A program made the translations under genes and the position numbers. Below, one piece after another: positions 46,397-56,585 of a DNA stretch of 64,000 bases. Below the pieces are notes generated by a model that saw only the letters and a list, made by a program, of their open reading frames with translations, ran no database searches and was not told the DNA's origin. Positions within the stretch are counted from its first letter, which is position 1. Every line of letters begins with the position of its first letter. Origin of the DNA: Acidimicrobiia bacterium (lineage in GTDB: Bacteria > Actinomycetota > Acidimicrobiia > Acidimicrobiales > Bin134); assembly GCA_022825005.1 (NCBI GenBank), contig JAJDYU010000042.1, positions 84,949-148,948 of the forward strand, in the 5' to 3' direction.

Positions 46397-47266
46397 ATGA
46401 GCCGCCTAGGTCCGTTGGTGGCGGTGGGTCGAACATCGGACGTCTTCGAATTCGGATCGAGTGCGGTGGTGAAGGTTCCCCGGCCATCCGTTCCCCGTCA
46501 CTGGCCAGCTGAAGAGGCCGAGTTCACGGCCGCGGTGCGCGAGTTGGGTGCTCCCGCCCCAGCTGTGCTGGATGTCGTGCAGATCGAGAGCCGAGATGCG
46601 GTGGTGTTTGAGCGGGTGAGAGGCCCGTCGATGTGGGAGATGATCTTGGAGGTGCCTCATCGGGCAGCGTCATTCGGGCGGGAGCTGGCCGATGTCCACC
46701 GGCGCATCCTGCGGGCCGGGCTTCCCGCCGCAGTTCCCGGACTGGTGGGGAGAATGCAGAGCAAGATCGGCGAGGTCACGCAGTTCACCGACACCGAGCG
46801 TGTTGACGCGCTATTGGTAGTGGAGAAGTTGCCGCGCGGCGCAGCTCTGTTGCACGGCGACCTCCATCCGGGCAATGTTCTGATGAGCCCCACCGGTCCG
46901 ATAGCCATTGACTGGTTCGACGCCGCTATCGGGCATCCCGTGGCCGACGTCGTCCGATCGTCGCTGCTGTTGCGGCCCTTCGACTCCGTGGTGGAGAGGC
47001 CGCATATGCCGCGGGCCGAGCCATCGGTTCTTCGGGAACTCCATGAGTCCTATGTGTCTGCGATGCACGACGTTCTGGCGCTTCCTCGCGATGAGCTTTG
47101 CCAGTGGGAGGCGGTGGTGGCCGCGAGCCGGTTAGCAGAGGAGGCGGAGGCTGACGAGTCGCCGCTGCTGGCTCTGTGGCAGGGTCGCTTAGGAGACGGG
47201 GATGCCTTCTTGTTGGATTTGTTAGAGGAGGTTGTCAGTCTCGAGGGCTCACCAGCACCGACCTGA
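46397..47266 (+). CDS. phosphotransferase-family (APH/choline-kinase-like) kinase
   Basis: 289 aa. LLHGDLHPGNVLM catalytic loop, IDWFDA. GAGGAGG SD lies 8 nt upstream. Confidence 0.75.
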   Translation: MSRLGPLVAVGRTSDVFEFGSSAVVKVPRPSVPRHWPAEEAEFTAAVRELGAPAPAVLDVVQIESRDAVVFERVRGPSMWEMILEVPHRAASFGRELADVHRRILRAGLPAAVPGLVGRMQSKIGEVTQFTDTERVDALLVVEKLPRGAALLHGDLHPGNVLMSPTGPIAIDWFDAAIGHPVADVVRSSLLLRPFDSVVERPHMPRAEPSVLRELHESYVSAMHDVLALPRDELCQWEAVVAASRLAEEAEADESPLLALWQGRLGDGDAFLLDLLEEVVSLEGSPAPT

Positions 47267-48029
47267 GCGGGTCGAACACACCCACGGCAGCGGCAATGGC
47301 CAAGTTGTCCTCCGTGGTGGCGGGAAGCTCGACTCTAGCGCCCGCCTCGCGCGCGATCAGTGCGCCGGCGGCATAGTCGTAGACTTTCAGGTCGCGCTCA
47401 AAGTACGCGTCGAGGCGGCCACAGCCGACCCAGCACAAGTTCAGTGCAGCCGAGCCCATGCAGCGGATATCGCGGCAAACCGGAAGCAGTCGAATCAGCA
47501 TCTGAGCTTGAGTTGCCCGTAGCCGGGCGTCATAGGCGAATCCCGTGGCCACGAGCGCGCCGTTCAGATCGGTCAGCGCCGTTGGTGCAATGGGTTCGCC
47601 CATGCGCCGCGCGCCAGTCGCCCGGGCTGCTGAGAACACCTCATTGCGGTGGATGTCGGCCACTGCGCCGGCAACCACCTCGCCCTCCAACGTTGCAGCG
47701 ATGCTTACCGAGACGACGGGCAGATCATAGAGAAAGTTGACCGTCCCATCGATGGGGTCGACGATCCATCCCACGTTGTTGCCGCCGTCGTCGTCATCGA
47801 GCTCCTCGCCAACAATGGACGATCCGGGGCAGCGGGCCAGCAGTTCCGACCGGATGAGTTGCTCGCATTCCATGTCGGTGTGGGTGACCACATCAGTGGG
47901 GGAGGACTTGGTGCCAGCCGCGGTGGCTTGGCCGCTGCGCGCACAGACGTAGCTCGCGGCCAGCGAGGCAACTTGTATGGCAACGTCTTCGAGGTGGCGT
48001 GCTCTGGTTGTTGCGCTGCCTGCGCTCAC
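47235..48029 (-). CDS. inositol monophosphatase family protein
   Basis: 264 aa. WIVDPIDGTVNF and the C-terminal WD..AG-like motif (YDYAAG). GTGA overlap with the upstream DeoR gene. Confidence 0.88.
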   Translation of the reverse strand: MSAGSATTRARHLEDVAIQVASLAASYVCARSGQATAAGTKSSPTDVVTHTDMECEQLIRSELLARCPGSSIVGEELDDDDGGNNVGWIVDPIDGTVNFLYDLPVVSVSIAATLEGEVVAGAVADIHRNEVFSAARATGARRMGEPIAPTALTDLNGALVATGFAYDARLRATQAQMLIRLLPVCRDIRCMGSAALNLCWVGCGRLDAYFERDLKVYDYAAGALIAREAGARVELPATTEDNLAIAAAVGVFDPLRSVLVSPRD

Positions 48030-48823
48030 GCCAGCAACACGGTGGTGCCCAGGGATTCGATGGTGGCGACTATGCGGGGGTCCACCTCAGTGTTGGTGAC
48101 TAGCACGTCCACATCCGACCAGTCGGCAAAGCGGACGAACTGGTCTTGGCCGACCTTGGAGTGATCGACGAGGGCTACCACTCTGCGTGCCGCTCTTATC
48201 ATCGCTTGCTTTAGCGCGGCTTCTTCGCGATAGGGGGTGGTCAGACCCTGGGTAGGCGACAGGCCATCACTGCTGATGAACAGGGTGTCCACGAGCAGCG
48301 GCTCGATGGCGGCAATTGCGTCGGCATCCACCATGGCCAGGGTGTTTTTGCGGAGTTTGCCGCCGATGACGATCACATCGGCGGTCTCATGCTCGGTGAG
48401 TACTTGAGCGGTGAGCAGGGAATTGGTCACTACCCGAAGTCCGCAGTTGCGGGGGAGCACTTCAGCGAACCGGGTGAGCGTGCTGCCTGAGTCGATGATG
48501 ATGGAGCCGGAATCTGGGAGTTCCTGCACGGCTAGCTGGGCTAGTCGGCGTTTCTCGGCATCGTGTTGATCGGCCCGTACCGAAAGCAGCGGTTCGAAAC
48601 CGGTTGTCTCCCAGGGAATCGCCCCGCCGTGCACTCGGCGGACCACCTGTTGGCGCTGGAGATCGGAGAGATCTCGGCGGATGGTCTCGGTGGTCACACC
48701 GAATCGGTCGGCCAGCTCGGCTACTTCGACTCGACCGCTTTGGAGCGTCATTCCCACGATCTCACGTTGCCGCTCCGTCTGAAAGAGCGTTGTTGTGGGC
48801 GGTTCAGTCAACTGGTCGGTCAC
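48026..48823 (-). CDS. DeoR-family transcriptional regulator
   Basis: 265 aa. N-terminal HTH (VAELADRFGVTTETIRRDL) and a C-terminal DeoR sugar-phosphate sensor domain. Confidence 0.9.
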   Translation of the reverse strand: MTDQLTEPPTTTLFQTERQREIVGMTLQSGRVEVAELADRFGVTTETIRRDLSDLQRQQVVRRVHGGAIPWETTGFEPLLSVRADQHDAEKRRLAQLAVQELPDSGSIIIDSGSTLTRFAEVLPRNCGLRVVTNSLLTAQVLTEHETADVIVIGGKLRKNTLAMVDADAIAAIEPLLVDTLFISSDGLSPTQGLTTPYREEAALKQAMIRAARRVVALVDHSKVGQDQFVRFADWSDVDVLVTNTEVDPRIVATIESLGTTVLLA

Positions 48824-48830
48824 CGAGGTC

Positions 48831-50288
<1,458 letters not shown>

Positions 50289-50462
50289 GGCCAGTCACTC
50301 TACTACCAACATAGACACAGGCAAAATATCGGTATATTGGGCAAGAACCCACATGAAACCAATTCTACGGCTTGCAATCCAAACTAAACCCAACTAGGTT
50401 CGGGCAAAATACCGTTGGGGAGGAAGTCTCCCGCCGGTTCCGACCCAAGGGGGAAAGCGCCA
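50289..50462. promoter_or_regulatory. AT-richer divergent control region of the polyol locus with repeated GGCAAAATA(T/C)CG boxes
   Basis: GGCAAAATATCGG at 50320-50332 and GGCAAAATACCGT at 50403-50415 (11/13 identical, direct orientation). A related GGCAAGAAC lies at 50340-50348. This is the largest intergenic gap in the window. Confidence 0.4.
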
Positions 50463-51908
50463 ATGACAAGAACTAGCCGCAAGGGATGGAGCATTCGACT
50501 TCTGCTTCTCAGCCTGCTCGCGGTGTTTGCTCTCGTGGCCGCAGCGTGTGGCAACGACGATGACAGCGACACGTCGAGTGATGCACCGGCCACTGCTGCG
50601 GCGACGGCCGCCGCCACTGCTGCAGCGACCGAACAGCCCGCAGCCCCAGTTGAGAGCCGATCGATCAACGTGGCCATCGTTGGCAACCCGCAGATGGAGG
50701 ACATCGCCAGCCTCACCCCGAGTCTGTTCACCGCCCAGACCGGCATCGAAGTCAACTACACGTTCCTCGAAGAACAGACCCTGCGCGAGATAGTCACTCG
50801 CGACGTGGGCGCTGGGGGCGAGCAGTTCGACGTGGTCATGATCGGCATGTTCGAGGCGCCGCAGTTCGGGGCCAACGGGTGGCTCTACGATCTCAACGAC
50901 TTCGCCGCTGACACGCCCGAGTGGAACGTCGGCGACATCATCCCCGCAGTTCGCGGTGGCCTTTCCTATGAGGGAGGCCTCTACGCGTCGCCCTTCTATG
51001 CGGAGTCCTCGTTCGTCATGTACCGCCAAGACGTCATCGACGCCGCGGGTCTGACGATGCCGGACGCCCCCACCTGGGATGAGCTGGCCGACATCGCCCG
51101 CACCATCGACTCCGATGAGATGGCTGGCATCTGCTTACGGGGCAAGCCTGGCTGGGGCGACCTCGGTGCCGCCTTCACCACAGTTCTCAACACGTTCGGC
51201 GGCACCTGGTGGCTGGCCAACGCCGACGGCTCGATCGGAGCGGCCCAGGTTGATCAGCCTGAGTTCCGTGAGGCCCTTGAGTTCTATGTCGCGCTCATAA
51301 ATGACGCCGGCCAGGACGACGCAGCCAACGCCAGCTTCAACGAGTGCTTGAGCCTCTACCAGAACGGCCAGGTGGCCATGTGGTACGACGCCACTGTCGC
51401 AGCCGGCATCCTCGAAGCCGACGACAGCCCGGTCAAGGGCCTCAACGGCTTCGCCCTCGCGCCGACCAAGGTCACCGACGCCTCTGGTTGGCTGTGGGCT
51501 TGGGCATTGGCAATTCCGCAGAACTCCTCCGACCCCGACACCGCGTGGGAGTACGTGAGCTGGGCCACCAGCGAGGAGTACATCAACGCTGCTGGTGAGT
51601 CGCTGGCTGGAGGCTGGGCCGCAGTCCCGCCGGGAACGCGCGAGTCAACCTACGCCAATCCGAACTATCAGGCTGCGGCGCAGGCCTTTGCCCAGAAGAC
51701 GCTTGACGCCATGCTGGCCGCACCCATCGACAACCCGGGCACTACGCCCCGTCCGGGTTTGCCGGGTGTGCAGTACGTCGGCGTACCCGAATTCCAGGAT
51801 GTCGGCACTCGCTGTACCGAGCAGTTCTCAGCTGCCATTGCCGGGTCGATCAGCGTTGATTCTGCTCTCAGTGCGTGTCAGGACATCGCGTCCGCAGTGA
51901 GCAACTAG
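50463..51908 (+). CDS. ABC transporter extracellular solute-binding lipoprotein (family 1, polyol/sugar, SmoE-like)
   Basis: Start trimmed to MTRTSRKGWSIRLLLLSLLAVFALVAAAC (lipobox), with an SD AGGGGGAAAG upstream. Confidence 0.88.
   Translation: MTRTSRKGWSIRLLLLSLLAVFALVAAACGNDDDSDTSSDAPATAAATAAATAAATEQPAAPVESRSINVAIVGNPQMEDIASLTPSLFTAQTGIEVNYTFLEEQTLREIVTRDVGAGGEQFDVVMIGMFEAPQFGANGWLYDLNDFAADTPEWNVGDIIPAVRGGLSYEGGLYASPFYAESSFVMYRQDVIDAAGLTMPDAPTWDELADIARTIDSDEMAGICLRGKPGWGDLGAAFTTVLNTFGGTWWLANADGSIGAAQVDQPEFREALEFYVALINDAGQDDAANASFNECLSLYQNGQVAMWYDATVAAGILEADDSPVKGLNGFALAPTKVTDASGWLWAWALAIPQNSSDPDTAWEYVSWATSEEYINAAGESLAGGWAAVPPGTRESTYANPNYQAAAQAFAQKTLDAMLAAPIDNPGTTPRPGLPGVQYVGVPEFQDVGTRCTEQFSAAIAGSISVDSALSACQDIASAVSN
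50589..50630 (+). repeat. in-frame tandem repeat encoding (ATAA)x3-AT in the SBP linker
   Basis: gccactgctgcggcgacggccgcc / gccactgctgcagcgacc: a 24-nt unit repeated about 1.75 times, directly after the lipobox and acidic stretch. Confidence 0.6.
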
Positions 51909-52020
51909 GAGCACACTCACCCGAGAAAACCAACTGGCCAAGAAAGTGCATGTTCTCTCATTGAGATGCGTTGGCTTGGCCTAGGTTGAACAGAATTTCA
52001 GGAACAGGCTAGGGGGAGCC

Positions 52021-52935
52021 ATGTCGCAGCAAACCGATCGAGCGGAGCAGGTAAAGAGACTGCAACGTCGAGAGGGTTGGCGGCGTCGGCTCCCCCTTGT
52101 TCCTGCCCTGCTGTTCACAATCGTTGTCACCCAGGTTCCATTCATCCTGAGTCTGTGGTACAGCCTTACCGAATGGAAGATCGTTCCGCCTGAGCCGCGG
52201 AACTTCATCGGCTTCGACAACTACGTCGATCTTCTCGACAATCGGTTCTTCCGAGAGGCGGTGTGGACCAGCGTCTGGATGACGGTCTCCGCGGTGCTGC
52301 TCTCGTTGCTGCTGGGAACGCTTCTCGCCATCCTGCTCGACCGAAAGTTCTTCGGACAGGGGTTTGTCAGGACGCTGTTGATCACTCCGTTTCTGATCAT
52401 GCCGGTAGTTGCGGGGCTGGTGTGGAAGACGCAGGTGTTCAATTCGTCGTTCGGGGTGTTGAATTGGCTGCTTGATTCTCTGGGGTTCGAGCGGATCGAG
52501 TTCGTGACCCGCTGGCCGTTGTGGTCGATCGTCTCTGTGCTGGTGTGGCAATGGACGCCGTTCATGATGTTGATCGTGCTGGCCGGATTGCAGGGTCAGG
52601 ATCAGTCGGTCTTGGAAGCCGCCCGGGTGGACGGCGCGTCGAGCAGGGCGATGTTCTTCCAGATCACGCTGCCCCAGCTCCGTCCATATCTTGAGTTGGG
52701 GATCCTGCTGGGTTCCATATACCTCATTCAGGTCTTCGACTACGTGGATGTGATCACCGGTGGGGGCCCCGACTCCACCAACGTGCCCTACTTCGTATTC
52801 CAGCGATCCATCGGCGGCGGCTGGCAGTTCGGCCAGGCCTCGGCCTACAGCATCGTGGTGGTGATCGCCTCCATCGTGATTGCCACTTTCGGTCTGCGGG
52901 TGCTGTCCAATCTCCTGGAAGGTGAGAAGCCATGA
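52021..52935 (+). CDS. carbohydrate ABC transporter permease (MalF/SmoF-like)
   Basis: 304 aa, multi-TM. EAARVDGASSRAMFFQITLP EAA loop. Confidence 0.9.
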   Translation: MSQQTDRAEQVKRLQRREGWRRRLPLVPALLFTIVVTQVPFILSLWYSLTEWKIVPPEPRNFIGFDNYVDLLDNRFFREAVWTSVWMTVSAVLLSLLLGTLLAILLDRKFFGQGFVRTLLITPFLIMPVVAGLVWKTQVFNSSFGVLNWLLDSLGFERIEFVTRWPLWSIVSVLVWQWTPFMMLIVLAGLQGQDQSVLEAARVDGASSRAMFFQITLPQLRPYLELGILLGSIYLIQVFDYVDVITGGGPDSTNVPYFVFQRSIGGGWQFGQASAYSIVVVIASIVIATFGLRVLSNLLEGEKP

Positions 52936-53789
52936 GGGCAGGCGGGACTGGTATGGAAGTTGGGAAGAAGCGAGCTGTCTCCTTCCTTCTGGGACTCTTG
53001 AGCTGGGGGGTCGCTCTTGTTTTCTTCTTCCCCATCTTCTGGATGGTTCTGAACGGCTTCAAAGAAGAGATTGATGCCAACACCGACCCGAAGCTTGTCT
53101 TCGACCCGACATTCGACCGGTTCGACGAGGTGACGTCTCAGACCCAGGGCTTGCTCGGCTTTAGAGAAGCATTCATGAACTCGGTGTGGGCAGTGTCGAT
53201 CTCGACGATCTTGGTATTGGTCCTTGCCGTCCCGGCTGCCTACGCCCTCGCCATTCGGCCCGTAGCCAAGTGGCGGGATGTGTTGTTCTTCTTCATCTCC
53301 ACAAAGTTCCTGCCGGTGGTGGCGGCGATCCTCCCGCTGTGGATAATCGCCCGGGAGTTGGATCTTCTGAACACTCGGCTGGTACTCATCATCCTCTATA
53401 CCGCGATGAACCTCCCGCTGGCGGTGTGGATGCTCCGATCGTTCTTCAGCGAAGTGCCCAAAGAACTCATCGAGGCCGCCCAAATCGACGGGGCAAAGCT
53501 GCGCGGTCAGATCACCTCCGTGATCCTCCCTATTGTCGCTCCGGGCTTGGCCGCCACCGCTTTGTTGTGCGTGATCTTCGCTTGGAATGAGTTCTTCCTC
53601 GCCGTGCAGCTCAACCCGGTGGACGGGTCGACGATTCCCATCTGGGTTACCTCCAACGTCAGCACCCGCGGCAACTTCTTGGCCAAGCTGTCGGCTGCGT
53701 CCACTCTCGCCACCCTTCCGGTAGTGCTGGCTGGATGGCTGGCCCAGAAGCGGATGATTCGCGGCCTTTCGATGGGGGCGATCAAGTGA
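52932..53789 (+). CDS. carbohydrate ABC transporter permease (MalG/SmoG-like)
   Basis: 285 aa. EAAQIDGAKLRGQ EAA loop. ATGA overlap with the upstream permease. Alternative ATG start at 52953. Confidence 0.9.
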   Translation: MRAGGTGMEVGKKRAVSFLLGLLSWGVALVFFFPIFWMVLNGFKEEIDANTDPKLVFDPTFDRFDEVTSQTQGLLGFREAFMNSVWAVSISTILVLVLAVPAAYALAIRPVAKWRDVLFFFISTKFLPVVAAILPLWIIARELDLLNTRLVLIILYTAMNLPLAVWMLRSFFSEVPKELIEAAQIDGAKLRGQITSVILPIVAPGLAATALLCVIFAWNEFFLAVQLNPVDGSTIPIWVTSNVSTRGNFLAKLSAASTLATLPVVLAGWLAQKRMIRGLSMGAIK

Positions 53790-53819
53790 TGTTGTTCAAG
53801 TGCCGAAAGGATCTGGGAC

Positions 53820-54902
53820 ATGGCTGAAGTCCGATACGAGAATGCCAGTCGCATCTATCCGGGAACCGACATTCCCGCGGTGGAGTCGCTGAACCTCGAC
53901 ATACCCGACGGAGAGCTCTTGGTGCTCGTGGGCCCATCGGGCTCGGGCAAGTCCACCGCGCTGCGAATGCTGGCCGGGCTGGAGTTCGTCGACGAGGGCA
54001 GTGTCTACATCAACAGCGAGGATGTGACGCTGACTCCGCCCCAAGACCGCGATATCGCCATGGTGTTCCAGAACTACGCCCTCTACCCCAATATGACCGT
54101 GCAGGCGAACATGGGTTTCGCGCTCAAACAGCAGGGTGTGGCGAAGCCGGAGCGGGCTGAGAGAGTGCAAGAAGCAGCTCGCATTCTTGATTTGGAGCCC
54201 TATCTGGATCGCAAGCCGAAGAACCTCTCGGGAGGGCAGCGCCAGCGGGTGGCGATGGGCCGGGCCATCGTACGCAGACCGCAGGTTTTCTTGATGGACG
54301 AGCCGCTCTCCAACCTCGATGCCAAGCTGAGAGTTCAGACTCGGACTGAACTCGCCGATCTCCAGGCCCGGTTGGGGGTTACCACCGTGTACGTAACCCA
54401 TGATCAAGTAGAGGCCATGACCATGGGCCATCGGGTCGCGGTTCTCAAAGACGGGATTCTCCAGCAGGTCGACCGACCGCGAACCCTGTACAGCCGTCCG
54501 GTGAATTTGTTTGTTGCTGGCTTTATCGGCTCGCCAGCGATGAATCTTGTCGAAGCTGAGGCGGGTGGGCCGGATGGGGTCCGCCTCGGAACCCTCGCTC
54601 TTCCCCTAGATGAGCAAGTGGCCCATGAGCTGGCTGCTCGCGAGCCGGGTACCTATACCCTGGGAGTCCGCCCCGAGCACTTGCAACTGGCCAGCGAGGG
54701 CATTGCAGGGGAGGTCACCGTGGTGGAGGAACTGGGCTCAGAGTCGTACGTTCACGTCGCCGTTGAGCATCAGGGCGGATCGCTCCTTCTCGTCGTACGT
54801 GCTGAGGGCGAAACCATGACTCAACGCGGCGACAACGTCCAGGTCTCGTGCCGGGGCCCGGTTCATGTGTTTGCTTCCAACGGTGAGCGAATCGGAGCTT
54901 GA
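53820..54902 (+). CDS. carbohydrate ABC transporter ATP-binding protein (MalK/UgpC/SmoK-like)
   Basis: 360 aa. [25 protein letters not shown], plus a C-terminal TOBE-like regulatory domain. Confidence 0.93.
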   Translation: MAEVRYENASRIYPGTDIPAVESLNLDIPDGELLVLVGPSGSGKSTALRMLAGLEFVDEGSVYINSEDVTLTPPQDRDIAMVFQNYALYPNMTVQANMGFALKQQGVAKPERAERVQEAARILDLEPYLDRKPKNLSGGQRQRVAMGRAIVRRPQVFLMDEPLSNLDAKLRVQTRTELADLQARLGVTTVYVTHDQVEAMTMGHRVAVLKDGILQQVDRPRTLYSRPVNLFVAGFIGSPAMNLVEAEAGGPDGVRLGTLALPLDEQVAHELAAREPGTYTLGVRPEHLQLASEGIAGEVTVVEELGSESYVHVAVEHQGGSLLLVVRAEGETMTQRGDNVQVSCRGPVHVFASNGERIGA

Positions 54903-54919
54903 AGCACGAGATCGCAGCT

Positions 54920-54957
54920 GGCGGTCGAGGCGTATTCCCCTCCTCGCCTCGACCGCC
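54920..54957. terminator. 13-bp perfect inverted repeat between convergent genes (candidate bidirectional terminator)
   Basis: GGCGGTCGAGGCG-tattcccctcct-CGCCTCGACCGCC. Lies in the 111-nt gap between the 54902 stop (+) and the 55014 stop (-). Confidence 0.5.
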
Positions 54958-55013
54958 ATTGCTCATCGCTTTCGGAACTAGAGCATAGGGGCAGACGGCA
55001 GCAAGCGGCCCGT

Positions 55014-55784
55014 CTAGTTGCTGGTGAGGCGCAGGCCGGCGTCGAGCCGCACCACTTCGCCGTTGAGGAACACGTTCTCCATGAAGTGGACGACGAGGTT
55101 TCCAACATCGGCAGGGGTGCCCAGTCGGTGGGGGAAAACGTTGTCTTCCACCAGCTTGGCGATGAACTCCTCGTTGAGGGTGGCCAGCATGGGAGTGTCC
55201 ATGGTGCCTGGGGCGATGGTCGTCACCCGGATGCCCCACACCGCCAGGTCGCGGGCCATGGGCAGGGTCAGGCCGATCACGCCGGCTTTTGACGAACCGT
55301 AGGCCGACTGGCCCACCTGGCCCTCGTAGCCGGCGATGGAGGCGATGTTCACGATGAGGCCCCGCTCGCCGTCTTCGTTGGGCTCGTTGGCCGACATGGC
55401 GGAAACCGCATGGCGGGCCACGTCGAACAGCCCGATCAGATTCACCTCGATGTGCTGGCGGAAGTGGTCCAAGGAGTTGGGGGTGCCGTCGCGGGAGACC
55501 ACGCGTTGCCCAGAGCTGATCCCCGCGCAGCTCACCAGCAGGTCGACTCGGCCATGAGCTTCAGCCGCGGCGGCCACGGCCCGCTCGACGTCATCAGAGT
55601 CAGTGACATCAACGGGCACGAAAGCCACTGCCTCGCCCATGTCATCGGCCATGGCCTCCCCGGCCGATGAGGGCAGGTCCAAAATCACGGCCCGGCCGCC
55701 TTTGTCCACCAGGGTCTTGACCACCCCGGCACCCAGGCCGGAGGCGCCGCCAGTGACTAGAGCTACAGATCCTGATACCTGCAT
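55014..55784 (-). CDS. SDR, 3-hydroxyacyl-CoA dehydrogenase type-2-like
   Basis: 256 aa. VALVTGGASGLGAG, YGSSKAG, pattern resembling HSD17B10/FadB2-type SDRs. Confidence 0.88.
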   Translation of the reverse strand: MQVSGSVALVTGGASGLGAGVVKTLVDKGGRAVILDLPSSAGEAMADDMGEAVAFVPVDVTDSDDVERAVAAAAEAHGRVDLLVSCAGISSGQRVVSRDGTPNSLDHFRQHIEVNLIGLFDVARHAVSAMSANEPNEDGERGLIVNIASIAGYEGQVGQSAYGSSKAGVIGLTLPMARDLAVWGIRVTTIAPGTMDTPMLATLNEEFIAKLVEDNVFPHRLGTPADVGNLVVHFMENVFLNGEVVRLDAGLRLTSN

Positions 55785-55787
55785 TGC

Positions 55788-56585
55788 TCAAAACTCCCGG
55801 AGGCGGGCGCTGGTCGGATCCACTTCGGTGCGCAGGATGTGCAACTCCTCAGCGGTGGGCTCCGCCGTGGTGGGAATATCGCCGTTGGGCATTATCACAT
55901 CGAAGCCGGTGGCCTCCTGCACCTGCCCAGCGGTCACGCCGGGGTGCAGCGATGCCAGCCGCATGCGCTTGCTGGAAGGCTCGAAGTCGAACACGCACAG
56001 GTTGGTAATGCACAGCTGCGGTCCGCCGGGCATGCCCATGCGCTCGCGGTGGTCGCCGCCGTCGCCCCAGCCGATGCCGGAGCGGAAGTGGAGCTGGTCT
56101 ACGAAGGTGCGGGGATCGTGGGTGGACGACCACAGGTAGATGCGGGGGATCATGGCTCCGAGGTCGGCCATGCCGCCGCCGCCGGGCAGGCGCACCTTGG
56201 GGGCGTCGTAGGGGCCGATAACCGTGTTGTTCACGTTGCCATAGGCGTCCATCTGCGCGCCCCGGAAGGCAAAGGTGTTGTAGCGGGCCCCCTGGGCGTA
56301 GCTCCAGAAGTCGAACGGGGAGTTGCTCAGCATGGAGGCCCCGCCCCACAGCGAGTCCGAGAGGGTGGAGTCGCCGATCTCATCGGGGTCGGCGTCGACA
56401 GCAATGGAACTTGCGGCCCATACCAACTCGGGGGCGTGGGTGCGTCGAGCCAGCAGATAGCCGCACACCGGGATGAACGACACCGCGCCGTTGAATGCCC
56501 GGGTGTCGTTGGCCATGGCCCGGGAGAAGGTCACCACCATCAATTCGTCCATGGTGCAGTCGTAGCCAGGTACTGGCGTGCTCAT
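55788..56585 (-). CDS. CoA-transferase family I, subunit B-like
   Basis: Start trimmed to MSTPVPGYDCTMDELMVV (ATGA overlap with subunit A). RGAQMDAYGNVNNTVIG and LHPGVTAGQVQEATGF motifs. Confidence 0.8.
   Translation of the reverse strand: MSTPVPGYDCTMDELMVVTFSRAMANDTRAFNGAVSFIPVCGYLLARRTHAPELVWAASSIAVDADPDEIGDSTLSDSLWGGASMLSNSPFDFWSYAQGARYNTFAFRGAQMDAYGNVNNTVIGPYDAPKVRLPGGGGMADLGAMIPRIYLWSSTHDPRTFVDQLHFRSGIGWGDGGDHRERMGMPGGPQLCITNLCVFDFEPSSKRMRLASLHPGVTAGQVQEATGFDVIMPNGDIPTTAEPTAEELHILRTEVDPTSARLREF

Noticed and set aside
50589-50630. Tandem repeats as a possible CRISPR or minisatellite
   Set aside because: The repeat is in frame inside an SBP linker, has only about 1.75 copies of a 24-nt unit and has no spacers. 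It is a coding low-complexity repeat.
51909-52020. Possible structured element between the polyol SBP and the first permease gene (GGCCAAG...CTTGGCC)
   Set aside because: It has only a 7-bp stem closing a loop of about 38 nt with imperfect internal pairing. That is too weak to call a terminator or riboswitch without folding statistics.
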